DNA of 63,830 bases, counting the filler, from Cercozoa sp. M6MM (taxonomy: Eukaryota; Protista; Endomyxa: Ascetosporea), in the NCBI GenBank assembly GCA_040357565.1. It is 9 parts of 9 records of this genome, joined end to end, with 100 filler letters (N's around TTAATTAATTAA, not from the genome) between each part and the next. Parts side by side here need not be neighbours in the genome. Positions count along the whole stretch, not along the records: positions 17,765 to 26,495 come from JBDODJ010000516.1; positions 26,596 to 32,087 come from JBDODJ010000898.1; positions 32,188 to 37,856 come from JBDODJ010000868.1; 6 more parts are not named here. The stretch is one strand, 5' to 3'. Position numbers and translations under genes: made by a program. This document shows, piece after piece, positions 25,403 to 37,956 of the stretch; position 1 is the stretch's first letter; each line of letters opens with the position of its first letter. The notes under the pieces are model-generated. The model searched no databases. It was given only the letters and a program-made list of their open reading frames with translations, and was not told the DNA's origin.

Positions 25403-26420
25403 CCACTGCTCGAACTGGTAGGTAACGGTACGATCGCCATTATTATCGAGTTCCCACCAGCCGCTGGCGCCACGAAAGCGGCCTTGCTTTCCGCGCAGCT
25501 CCGAGTTCATCTGCTCGCATGTCACAACGCGAGATAAATTAATAACTAAATAAAAACAATAAATTTAATAAATAATTGTACAAACTTAAATAAATAACAA
25601 ATAAAAACATAAATATACACATATATGAATGTGTGTGCACCAAGGTTCCAAGTGCGACACGATCATGACCGTCGAACGCTGTCCGACCCTATCACACACA
25701 CACACACACATTGTGGCACACAGTATCTGTACGGCAGAGCACGCGCACCTCGGAGGTGTTGGTGACGCGGCGCAGTGCGTGCGTGTAGGCAAAGACGGCG
25801 TCGTGACACGTTTCTGTCATGACTGCACTCGCAAATACAACATACACACATAGACACAAAGACACAGAAGGCGGGCTTACATCGCATGCTCCCCGTCATG
25901 TCTTGCCACGTCAGAATCGACGGAAACCTTTTTTCACAGCATTTCATACATATACATCTATCAATACATAAACACTAGTTTGATACTTGTCCGGGGCAGC
26001 CTGCTGCAGTCCCGCAAACACCTGCTGCATCCTACAGACACACATACACGCGCACATGCACACCAGTTTACTTTGCGCAGTAGATTTACACGGCATTCAG
26101 TGTCGCTGCATTCGCATCATTGTGTGCCACTCCCTGCACACGCACACACACACACACACGCGCACTCAGACACAAGAAGTTTCTTCAGTGCAGGTCGATG
26201 AGTGTGTACCGCCAGGTTGATGAGGTTCGGGAAGCGTTTGCCTTGCAGCATCAGGAACGACGTCCAGTCCGTCGTGCCCACGATGCTGCACACACACACG
26301 CATACACACACACACACACACACATACGACTGGCTGACCGGTCTGCAACCTTAAGGAAAGGAGAGTGAGTGTACACATATCGCGTGCGCACCCAGTTGCC
26401 CGAGGCATCCTTGTAATCCA
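22926..26420 (-). CDS. Class C (GABA-B/Grl-like) GPCR with a Venus-flytrap extracellular domain (5'-partial)
   Basis: GRFRGASGWWELDNNGDR (ANF-receptor/VFT end), TM1 VVVCFIFAAIGLALTLWAFYFINKHR, LAYGALLAKIWRVSRIF (class C TM3 signature), LNDSQDVRTAIY, GVLFVPR (TM7), and a Ser/Thr-rich tail ending VEIEIGAA*. Confidence 0.87.
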
Positions 26421-26446
26421 CTACATTTCAGTACACACACATACAG

Positions 26447-26495
<49 letters not shown>

Positions 26496-26595
26496 NNNNN
26501 NNNNNNNNNNNNNNNNNNNNNNNNNNNNNNNNNNNNNNNTTAATTAATTAANNNNNNNNNNNNNNNNNNNNNNNNNNNNNNNNNNNNNNNNNNNN
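26496..26595. other. Artificial contig linker
   Basis: N44-TTAATTAATTAA-N44. Confidence 0.97.
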
Positions 26596-27719
26596 CCCCC
26601 CCCCCCCCCGACGGAACAGATCTGGCGCGATCGGCCGCGTTTCCTTCAGCGACTGATGCGCGATGCGTACCCTTGATTTTTTCGCTCTCTCCACTCTATC
26701 TGAACTGCCTTTGTTCGAGCAAGTTTGTTCGAACAGTCTTGTTGGTTTGTTTGAACAGTCTTGTTGCAACAACCCAACCTTGTTCTTGTTGTTGTGTTGG
26801 CAGAGAGAGTCCTCTGACGGAGGTGACTGCGCCGATTTCGCTCAAGATGCGCGGTTTTAACTCTCCCCTCCCCTATCACACCAGAACTCCCTTAATTAAC
26901 GTGTCGCCTCTTTAGCCGCGATTTTGACACCCCCAGTTTTCATGCCACTCGGTAATCTTTCTCCTAAAGCTGAGCTTTCAATCCAAAAACAGTTCAATCC
27001 AACTATTGAATGTATTTTACTGTCAGTGTTCGAAAGCGCTGATGCGGTTCTCGCTTTCGAGGCGCCACTTTTCCAGAGTCTCATTGACCAGGTAGCGATC
27101 TGGTTTGCACTTTTTGCGAATACGTTTGTTCACTCGGTGTTTTTTATTTCAGTTTTTAAAAGAACACACGCACGTGAAACGAACGCAACTGCTGCAGAAG
27201 CGTAAGAAATCTCCGCTGAGCTTTAATTTAGTGTGTTGAGCAAACCAACTGACTTGTTTTCCAGTGAGCGAACTCGTCTCGAATGTGCCCGAGTGCCGCA
27301 CGAATCGCGTTGCCCCGCCGCACCTGTTCCGCTCCGACCCTGAGGTTGTTCTCGTGTCTACAATTATATCTGCGCGTTAATTGAGTGAGTGCTTGCAGAC
27401 TGGTCGTATGCAAATAATGCCGTTGTCAACGATAAACGAGCTCGACTCCGTATTTTCTGGCGACCGCGCAGACGTGTCTAATTCGTCTGCCTGGAAGTTC
27501 GTATGTTTCCAAGCGAATAAAATAACAGTGGAACTGACAGTGGAATGAGTGAAATGACTGAAACATGCACAGGAAAGCGATCACGCGCGTGCAGACGTTG
27601 CATTGGGCTTATGTCAGTCGGTCGACATTGCCGCTCTGGCTTCGATGCCGCCTTTTGTAACAACTGACTTTTTTGCTCAACTAACTTACTTTTTTGTGAA
27701 TTAAAATGCTTCTTTCTCG

Positions 27720-28132
27720 GCAGGAACCAGCACTCCGTGCAGCATGGGATTTATTGTGGCATAGCGAAATGTACTTTCCCATCGTGTGTGTACAAACATG
27801 ATTCATTGATTTAAATGCACCCTTTCGTTTGTGAACGCAGACCAAGCGAGGCGTCAGATGATTTGCTGCTTGAACTGTCACACGCTCCGATCGCTCAGTC
27901 GCACGAGTGCACCTTCACGTACACTGACCCATCTGACCAAAGTTCATCTTTTCTTCTTGTGTTACTCTCGTTCCTAGATTGCAAGATGTGTTGCAAATGC
28001 TGCAAGGCAGCTTCGAGTGCGACGCGTTGTTGCTGCGTTTGATTTGCGGCTCCGTCACTGTGAACTTTGCGAATGTACCAGTCCCAGTAAACACATAAAG
28101 AAGGACTGAATCGTGTGTGTGTGTGGTGTGTG

Positions 28133-28219
<87 letters not shown>

Positions 28220-29733
28220 GTTGCATTGCACCTGGGACTCGGTCTCTTGCACAACTCGGATCACATCAGCGACAGCCCCGACGTGCGATTGCGACACGTG
28301 CCTGGCTTTACTCACCACAATTGCTTCACTGTAGTTTGCTCTCTCTTTCTTAACTTACCTACCTACCTCTACCTGCCCTCCTTCTTGATGTTCAATGTAC
28401 AGGTTGCGACAGTGTGCCACTTGTTGGTGCTGCTGCGACGCCACGAGAGTGCGTTGCAGTTGCTGCGTGCAGCGGCGCATCATCGCATGCTCAACCCCGT
28501 TAATCGCACGCTGCAACTCAGTGTGACCAAGTCGGCTGAACCCATCCGTACCTTGCTTTCCTTTCCTTACATATTAAATCTTCCTCTACTCTCATTGTGC
28601 GAGGTAGATTCTGACGTGAGTGCCATGGAACTGGAGATGCGTGCACTAGCAAAAACACTGTCATCGTACACTTTCCTTTCCTCATTTTCTTCTACCTTTG
28701 ACATGTACATGTGGTGGCAGTTTCGTGCACTGCGCTCGAACACAGGTACCTTGTTTGTTTTGTCGTTGTATTCCTTTCTAATTCTTACCCCCCCCCCTCC
28801 CCCAGATGGTTACATTCGCTGCGTCCTGCTGCGGCGTTGCGGCGATCGAACTGCTGCGCACGAATCTTCAGTTCACACGGTATACATCTGAACACACGCT
28901 TGTTCATACACACCTGGTGTTGCTAGATGCTGGCTGATGTGTGTATGAACAGAGAGCGGTTGCGCTTGTCGATGTCACCACAGGATCGTCGCGTTTTGTC
29001 TGTCCACGCGAACACTGGAATCGCATGTATCTTCCGTTTTGAGTCAAACAACACGGTACAACACGCACACGCATACAATACACACACACACACACACACA
29101 CGCACACACAGACTGTCACAAGGAATTGGAATTGTGTGGATGTGTGCGTGACTGCAGTGGCAAGCAGTGTCGCCGGTGGTGAACGTGTCTGAAGTCATCG
29201 ACAATGGTGCTTTCTCTGTTTGGGTGTTTTTTCTGCATGTACCATGTTTTGCGTAGCCATGCGACGAGGCAAACTGTTACTGGGCCAGCGCGTTATGTTG
29301 ATCGATGTGCCGCATCGTATCGCTCGCCCTTCTTTCGTGTAGCCAACTGTAGCTCGTTCCATGCGTGCTTGCATGTGTGCAGTTGCCGACGGATTGACTG
29401 GCACCATCGTCGGTGTGCACCTGCCGACCTCACGCTACAATTCCAATGAGCACGGAAAACGACAGGTTGGTGCCGAGGTCTTGTTGGACGCGCCGTGGAC
29501 CAGCGGTGGCACGTGTGATCTCGGGGGCAGGTAATTTAGCACTTTCGTACCTACACTCTCTGATTCTATCGACTCATGTGTTACAGAGTGCAATGCTCGC
29601 GCGGCGTGATGCTTTCCGACGCGCGCGCTCAGGTCGTGCCGCTCGCTGCGCTGCTAGATCGTGTCTTGTGGGCGTCTCGGAGCCAGGACCGCCGCCTGCG
29701 TCGCTACAACTAATACTCGTCTACGCTAGTTGA
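27720..29733 (+). CDS. Multi-exon hypothetical protein; boundaries uncertain
   Basis: Short GC-richer open segments between GT-AG intron-like stretches, e.g. VATVCHLLVLLRRHESALQLLRAAAHHRMLNP and DGYIRCVLLRRCGDR. No family recognised. Confidence 0.4.
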
Positions 29734-30549
29734 AAGTCAGTTTCTAAAAGTAAGAGTCACTGCACATCAAGTTGCGTGCGCATTTTCTTTGCCGTCGCGT
29801 GCGTTCACTGACTTCACGTCTGTTGGTCACTTGAGCGAGTGTGCTTGCGTGCTGAGAACTATCATTTACCGATGCGATGGTACGGTATTGCAGCTGACCC
29901 ACGCCATGAATATCTGCTGTGCTGAGCTCACTAAAACTTACAGTCGGCGGAACGTAGTTTTCTGAACTGACGTTAATTTTCCAGTCAGCTCAGTATCCTG
30001 ATTGCCATTGGTCTTTAATTCAATTAAGAGGCATAGGAGCCTTCGGCTTGAACTTTAGATGTTGAGACCTCTTCGCAGATTCCGGCCACCACAGAGCTGT
30101 TTTGTAAAGCTTTCGGGTCTTGCGTAGCGCACTTTCAGCTCGGTCGCCGAGTTGGGCGGCGTTTCGCCAAGTCGTTGTGCCTATCGAGGGGGGCGGTATC
30201 AAAGGATAACTCAGCTACCGTTCCGTCTTAGTACCTCAGTGCACCATCGTCCAGTTTTCGTCTCAGTTTTCACTTTCGCCTTTTCTGAAACCGTAGCGGT
30301 TTTTGTCTCGGCTACTTTCGCCTTTGCTTCCACGTGCCTGGAAACTCGCTCCTCGGCTTGGTTGGTGTTTTCTGGCATTGGGTAGCTTCTTGCTCCGTAC
30401 GCTACTAGGTGTTTGATCAACTGAGTCTTCGATCCAGTCGCTGCCAGTGGACCCGAGAAACGCTCCCTTGGACTTTGAAATACCGCAAGTTAAAACTGAA
30501 AACTGCCAGTGGTCTTGGAGTGAATAAGTGGAGCGCATCTAATCTGGTT

Positions 30550-32017
30550 TTATGGAACGGGGAGGACACTACTCAGTCGCTGCATTGAGCTGCGTTTGTC
30601 TCCGTGCTTTTTGCGTACCCGTGCCACAATCAGGCTGGAGTTTGCACCACCCTGCGAGACCGACCCTTCGGATTCGGATTCTGGGCCTGAGTTTGCTTCA
30701 CCAAAGGTGGATTGCTGTCGAATCGAAGCCACAGTGGGCACTGCAGTGAGTGTTGGCTCTCCTTCGGCAAGCAGACCGACACACAGCCTTCGCGTGTAAA
30801 ACAACCGAAACTATGAGATACTGCTACTACCGAAAGGTCCCAATGCGAGCGACCCGTCCACACTCTGGTAGGTTTACCTGTCAATCTTTGCTTCTAGAAC
30901 CCGTACTTTGTCCATGAGTAGCGATACTTCAGCTACTTCGATGCGATCCGTTGTGTTCTTTGAGGACGAGATGCCACGAGATGTTCCCCATTGTGTGGAT
31001 CGTTCTGCTTTAGTTGCTAAAAAGGCTTCGAGATCTCGTTGGACTATGACACAAACACGTCGTAATCGTGTATGCGTTCCTAACGGGTACTTTACTTTGA
31101 CTCTTTCGCTTTCTTCGCAATAGCATCTTGAACGACTTGCCTGCGAGGTCTTTCACCTTTTTTAACCGACGAAAGCGTTCGTCTGCCACCTAAGGTAAGG
31201 AGAATCATGAAAGGCATCAAAAAAGTCCAAAACACTGCACAAAACGCCGACCTCTTCCATGCGCGCTCGCTCACGTGGAAACGCGGACAACAGTTGCAAG
31301 AGTGCATGGACTGGGACTGCAAGCAGTTCGCAGTTCGTAGCAGCGCGCACATTGCACGGCCAGTCGTCAGTCAGTACGATGCCAAGCTCACCTATTGACG
31401 ACCCTTTGGTGAAGGACATATACACTGTGCGCGATGTGCGATCAGTAAACTCGACTACTCCGTCCTTGATTATGTACCAGTGGTCAACTGGGTCCCCCAG
31501 CCTTCCTAGCAGTTCACCTCCTAAACAACAAGAATTAGAATTCGAACAGAGAACACTTGTCGACCCATACATAAAAAATGATCCAGTTACCAGATAGTTT
31601 CTTCATCTGAAACTCTTGGACAACGTTGCTGATGAAATTCTCATCAGCATGTGCGAAGAACGGCATGAGTGAAATCGTCTCTGAGTGTAGCCTCAATCCG
31701 ACCTCTGACTTCAGTTCAACGGGCATCTGTTCCATGAACTTGGCAGAGTCGGCGGCGTGACTACTCCTTTCGCCCCACAGTGCCTCAAAATGTCTTCGCA
31801 CGCGTCCTTCGAGCTCGGTACTGAGATTGCTTTCAACCAAAAAGGCCGCCAATTTGGTGATTTTCGAGTCGTACTCGCGGCGACGAGAATCCATCGTATG
31901 AATCACTGTCGTGATGATAGCTGTCACATACGACACCAATGCAATACTCATGCAAAACGTGAGCAGCGAAAACAATCTTTCAAGTGTCGTCACAGGTACG
32001 ATATCGCCATAACCAAC
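30550..32017 (-). CDS. Cyclic-nucleotide-binding-domain K+ channel (KCNH/HCN/AKT-like): pore, S6, C-linker, CNBD (5'-partial; 3' end approximate)
   Basis: VGYGDIVPVTTLERLFS, C-linker LSTELEGRVRRHFE and MPVELKSEV, PFFAHADENFI, WYIIKDGVVE, GSSIGELG, VRAATNCELL. Confidence 0.9.
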
Positions 32018-32037
32018 CTGGAAGAAAACACAAACTA

Positions 32038-32087
<50 letters not shown>

Positions 32088-32187
32088 NNNNNNNNNNNNN
32101 NNNNNNNNNNNNNNNNNNNNNNNNNNNNNNNTTAATTAATTAANNNNNNNNNNNNNNNNNNNNNNNNNNNNNNNNNNNNNNNNNNNN
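32088..32187. other. Artificial contig linker
   Basis: N44-TTAATTAATTAA-N44. Confidence 0.97.
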
Positions 32188-32265
<78 letters not shown>

Positions 32266-32301
32266 CACACACGTATATGTGTTGTACGCGTTATTACACA
32301 G

Positions 32302-32522
32302 TACCAGTGGCGCTGCTCATCGACGGCAGAGCGGTATGTTTTTACACGGTATGTTGTAGTGTGCACCTCCCTTGTGTCTCAAACAGTGATCGCTGGGTCG
32401 AGGGACTGCAGCTGCATATTGAGTACTTCCGATCCATGCTCGCGTTCAACTCGGCCAACGAACTTACGGCTTTGTCGAACGATACGGCTGGTGCCGCTGC
32501 CTCTGCCTCGTCGGCGACGTGA
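32302..32522 (+). CDS. Last two exons of a PH-domain protein (5'-partial)
   Basis: Spliced YQWRCSSTAER|DRWVEGLQLHI matches the PH C-terminal strand and helix with the conserved Trp. Confidence 0.5.
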
Positions 32523-32697
32523 ACTAATGCCAACTAGTGTCGCGTAGGCTGGTCGAGCGTACTTGCTACCGGAACAAAAAAAAAACTTATCTCTGACCGA
32601 TTACTCCATGCAACTTAATGACTGGAGAGCAACACTAGACTGTAGAACCAAGCAACGAATGTTTACGTGAAGAAACTGAGCGTAACGGAAGTCAAGC

Positions 32698-33440
32698 CTA
32701 CAGGAGCATCTGCTGCGGGTCCTCGACGTAGCGCTGGAAGGCCTGGAGCCACTGCGCGCCGACGGCGCCGTCGACGACGCGGTGGTCGCAGCTCATGGTG
32801 ACGTTCATGAGCGAGGCGACCTCGGAGTCGCCGCCGCACTGAGCGGCACCGGCCGGCGGCACGAGCTCCTTGCGCGCGGCGCCGACGGCCAGGATGGCGG
32901 CCTGCGGCGGGTTGATGATAGCGCTGAACTGCTTGACGCCGAACATGCCGAGGTTGCTGATAGTGAAGGTGCCACCCTGGAACTCCTCGGGCGCGAGCTT
33001 GTTGTCACGCGCGCGGCCGGCCAGGTCCTTGACGGACTTGCTGATGTGCGTGAGACCGGCCAGGTCGGCGTCCTTGACGATGGGCGTGATGAGGCCCGTG
33101 TCGGTCTGCACGGCCACCGAGATGTCGACGTAGTCGTACTCGCGCACCGAGTCGCCGCGCCACGACGCGTTGACAGCAGGCACGTCGCGCAGTGCAAGCG
33201 CCGCCGCCTTGATCAAAAAGTCGTTCACCGAGAGCTTGGTGTCGGCCGAGGCGTTAAGTGCAGCACGCACCGCCATCAGTCGGTCCACACGGCAGTCCAC
33301 CGAGAGGTAGTAGTGCGGCACCTGCTGCTTCGAGTACGTCAGTCGCTCGGCAATCACCTTGCGCACGTTGCTCACCTTGACATCCGTGTAGTCTGCAGGG
33401 AGGGGAGGGGTGTTGCATTAAGATATATATAATGTATTTA

Positions 33441-33489
<49 letters not shown>

Positions 33490-33499
33490 NNNNNNNNNN

Positions 33500-33551
<52 letters not shown>

Positions 33552-34617
33552 TATATATATATATATATATATGGATATGGAGAGGTGTACCACCCGTCGG
33601 CTCGGGGAAGACAGGCGCGGCCACACCAGCAGCACCGGCACCGGCACGCACCGCCGCGGCGACATCGTCGGCCACGACACGGCCGTGCGGGCCCGTACCT
33701 GCATGCCCACACACACACACACATATGTAATATATATTATATATATATATGCATATATAAATCCACACATACATACACACACATATACATACACACACAC
33801 ATCTATATATTATATACATACCTCCCCCCATTGAATGTCAGAATACCCTGGACAGAGCTGAGATCGACGGCGAGGTGCTTGGCCATCGACTGCGCCAGCG
33901 GCGACGCTGCCTTGCTCGACGACGTGCTCGGCTTGGCCGACTGCTGCTGCTGCTTTTGCTGCGAAGGCTGCTCAGCCTTGGGAGCCTCCTGGACCTTGGG
34001 AGCCTCCTCGGCAGGCGCGGCCGCCGAGGCACCGCCGACAAAGTCCTCCGGAACAGCGTCCTTAAAGGCAGCCACATCAGCTTCATCTTCGACCTGGATA
34101 CCGCAGAGCGTGCCCACCGGCAGACCCTCGGTGCCCTCCTCGACGAAGAGCTTGGCAATGTAGCCGTCGTCGATGGCGTCCCACGACACCGTGGCCTTGT
34201 CAGTCACGACATCACAGTAGGAGTCACCGGCCGTGACCTCCTGACCTTCATCGACGTTCCATGCGGCCACGTTGCCCTCCTCCATCGTCGGCGACAGCGC
34301 CGGGAACTCCAGCCGCGTGTACGAAGGCACGTCATCCGGCAACGCGAACGCGCGCACCTGCGCCAGCGCGCTGTGCCAAGACACACACGACAGAAGTCAC
34401 GATCAGACACAACCACAACAACAACAGCCGCGAAATCTTGCCACAACTGTCGCAAATAACAGCGAAAACGCAATCGCACACACCCAAAGCAGACCAGGTG
34501 ACCCACGTGCACAAAGGTCCTCGTGCAGCAAGGCCAGAGGCATTGCCGGAAAAGCCAAAAGAAAAACAAGTCTTACGCAGTCGATCGACGCGTCAAGGCG
34601 AGTCGAGCCAGAGACAT
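32698..34617 (-). CDS. DLAT: Pyruvate dehydrogenase E2 (dihydrolipoamide acetyltransferase), mitochondrial, single lipoyl domain
   Basis: Presequence MSLARLALTRRSTA|ALAQVRAF, FPALSPTMEEG, lipoyl TDKA, E3-binding ASPLA...GTGPHGRV, PEEFQGGTFTISNLGMFG, DHRVVDG. Confidence 0.96.
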
Positions 34618-34806
34618 GACGGGATTATGGCGAATGCTGCGGGGAGGACAGGATCCGCGCTTTGGCTGCACCAGGCAAAAATAAAAGGCATTTTCGGCGC
34701 TCCTGCCGCGATCTCTGTCGAGAGCGCGAGCGTCATAGAGAGTGCCGGTGACACACCTTGTAGTAGGGACACGCACCTGAACCCTTTAAGGTTGACGAAA
34801 TCAAAC

Positions 34807-37800
34807 ATGCTTCGCGGTGGACGCAGACTGACACAGTGGGTGCGCGTTTCTCAGCAAGCTCACCGCCGCAGCGTGCACAGACAGGCGCAAGCCGTGCAGG
34901 CGCTGCAACGGGCACTCGCTGGTGCCGTTGTGTCACGCAACGACTTGTTGTCTCTCGTTAGTGCCTTCCGCGCGGACGATCAGCTCGAACTGCTCGACGG
35001 CGAGGACGATGACGAGCGCAGAATACGGTTGCAGCAGTCTTCTGAGGAAACCAAGCACCGCGAGTGCATCGAATCACAGCTGCAGCACGCAGAATCTGTT
35101 GTGCAGCGTTTCGCCAAGTTTTGCTCTCTTGACCCGGAAGAAATGGTAAATCTCTCAACTGACTTTGACAGTTCTGACAGTGATCGTTGTGTGCACAAAC
35201 GAGTAGCGCAAGCACTTGCTGCCGTTCGCACGCAAGGAACTGATGCAAGTTGTGGCGATGCGCGCGCTTTCGAGCGAGAGTGGCAGCGTGACCAATATCA
35301 CGTCTGAAGACTGCTTTTTCAAGTACTGTGTTTTTTGTGTGACGCACGTGTTTTGACTCTGCGGCGGTTTCTCAGGTGCGCACGTGCCGCAGGAGTCAAC
35401 GAAGACGAGGCATTGATGGCTTTGGTGACACCCACTGTAGCAGGTGTGCTGGCGCAGGCGTCGCACCTTGCCAATGCACTGCAGATTGATGGTACTGCCT
35501 GCAATGTCTGTACTGACCTGACTTACGTGACTGACCTGACTGACCTGAACTGACTTGACTGATCTGACAGACGAAGCAGTGGAGCAGAAACTCGTGCTGT
35601 TCAAAGAGCAGTTGCCACACCTCTACGATGCCGCCGATGCCGCCGCCATGCGCTTCTTTGGTGCGTGCTGCTTTGCCTGTTGCTTGCCTACCTTTTGTTC
35701 TGTGTGTCTGTGTGTCTGTCTATATCCCTGGCCTAACAGACGCACTGGTGCATGAAGCATCACTCGACCTGGAGCGTCCGTTCCACCGGCAGTCGGAAGG
35801 CACGCAGAGGGCTGCCGTTTTGTACCTGCAGAGTGCCATCGCCGCCAGTGCGTCCACTCCGCGTGTTGACCTGCCGATTAATGTGCTCGGCACGGCACTC
35901 GCTGCGCTGGACCGCCACGTCGTCTCTCTTTACCACGTAGCTTCGCCTGTGTCTCCGTGTATATATATATATGTATGTATTTATCTATGTATATGCTATC
36001 TGTCTCACAGGAGGACGGCACAGTGCCATACGCCGAACGACGACAGTGCCAACGTCTGGTGTTCCGCGCGGCCATGCGTACCAGTGTGCGCGCACGGCAA
36101 CACCAGGAGAAGGGCGCCATCACGAGCATGTCCATGACAGACGCGCCGGTGGCACTTGCCGTGCTGCCGCAGCTGCAACAGCGTGCCCTCGTGTCGCTTG
36201 GTAGGGCCCCTCCCCTACCCTCCCGTGTATGTGTATACACTGCGTCGCCTTGCGCACAGGCGAGAAGATCCGCGAGACACTGCAGGCACGACAGGCACTG
36301 CTGGCGGCGGCCTTCGAGGTGGCACGTGCGCACGTGCGCCTGCACCGCGAGCGAGCGCAGCAACAGGCGGTCGAGGCAGCGGGTGCGTCCAGTGAGGAGG
36401 ACACGAGTGCGCTCTTTGACGACCTGGGCGACACGGGCACCGTCACACTGCAGGCCGAACACGCGCTGCAGCAGACGCAGCAGACTGAGCGTGCTGACAC
36501 TGACCTGGTTCCTGGCATTGCTGTTGCCGCGTTGGAGGACATGTTGGCGCGTGCCGTGCAGGTGCACTACACCCGCACCTACTCTTACATATCTATATCT
36601 ATAAACATCTATATATATATATATGTAGAACAGGTATGCATAGGATATAGTATATGTAGTTGCCATCGGATGTGTTTGCATCGATGCTGCGCATGACGTG
36701 CGACACCAACACGAGTCACATGACGCGGCACACCGAGCTCTCCGACGACGGCACTACCGAGATCGCCGTGCAGCACCTGCACTCTGCCTTCCGCGAGTTC
36801 GGTACTTGTTGTTGCTCTTGTTGTTGCTGTTGTTGCTCTTGTTGTTGCTGTTTGTCTGGGACACGCGTGGCCGCTTATGCGACAGGTGTGCCAACTGCGG
36901 CCGTCGTGCTGGCCGATCATCGCGATCGCGCGCGCCTCGATCTAGACATCGACGTCGACTCGCGACTCGGCTGCTTCTCGGCCAACCAGCGCGAACTCGA
37001 TGTCGACAGCATGCCGGGTATGCTGTCCCTCTCTTTGTATACTCTATGTTTCTGTCACTTTGTCTATTTGTCTTTTTGTGTCTGTATGTATGCCTATGTG
37101 TGTATGCTACATGGTTGCGCAGGCTACGTAAGCGATGCTGCCATCGCGCGTGCCTTTGACGGTACCATGGCGGTGGACACACTGTTTGGCGGCCGCGTCA
37201 AGGGCATGGCACGCTTCAACTCGGGCTTGCTCAATGTGGTACACTGTACACTTGCATGTCTAGCATACCTGTCTATACTAACAACTGCAGAACATGCTGA
37301 TGCTGCTGCATGATGACGGACCCGAGTACCTGAATAATGCCGTGGCCGCACGCTTGGACGCCCTACAGCAAGCCTACGAGAAGGGTGTGTATTTACTACC
37401 TGTATCCACAACTGTACCTATCTATCACTCTTCCTTGGCACGTGTAGATCTCGATCGCAAGCGACACGACCTCGTGGTCTCGGGTCAGTGGGCCGACACG
37501 ATGCACAAGAAAGCCACGTCGGCGCTGCGTGCCAAGGGCGACGAGATCCGCCTGCTCGTTGAGCGCACCGTACACCGCTGCTCTCTTTGGGTCTAGTGCA
37601 GGCGTGTGTATGCATGTCACCTGCCTGCCTGTCACTTGTCTGCATGTCACGCAGGTACTGGACGCTCCGCACGCCGACATCTCGCGCGGCCTCGAGCAGG
37701 CGCGGCGCCGAGTGACGGCCGAGAACACGACGCCGCTGCAGGCGCTCTTCTCGCTGCGACTGGCGGCACAGGTGTGCGACCACCGCTTCCGCGACTTGAG

Positions 37801-37807
37801 TGCCACG
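34807..37807 (+). CDS. Hypothetical helical protein with a mitochondrial-like presequence, many exons (3'-partial)
   Basis: MLRGGRRLTQWVRVSQQAHRRSVH is Arg-rich and lacks acidic residues. Successive GC-rich exons are separated by GT-AG introns. No family recognised. Confidence 0.6.
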
Positions 37808-37856
<49 letters not shown>

Positions 37857-37956
37857 NNNNNNNNNNNNNNNNNNNNNNNNNNNNNNNNNNNNNNNNNNNN
37901 TTAATTAATTAANNNNNNNNNNNNNNNNNNNNNNNNNNNNNNNNNNNNNNNNNNNN
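37857..37956. other. Artificial contig linker
   Basis: N44-TTAATTAATTAA-N44. Confidence 0.97.
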
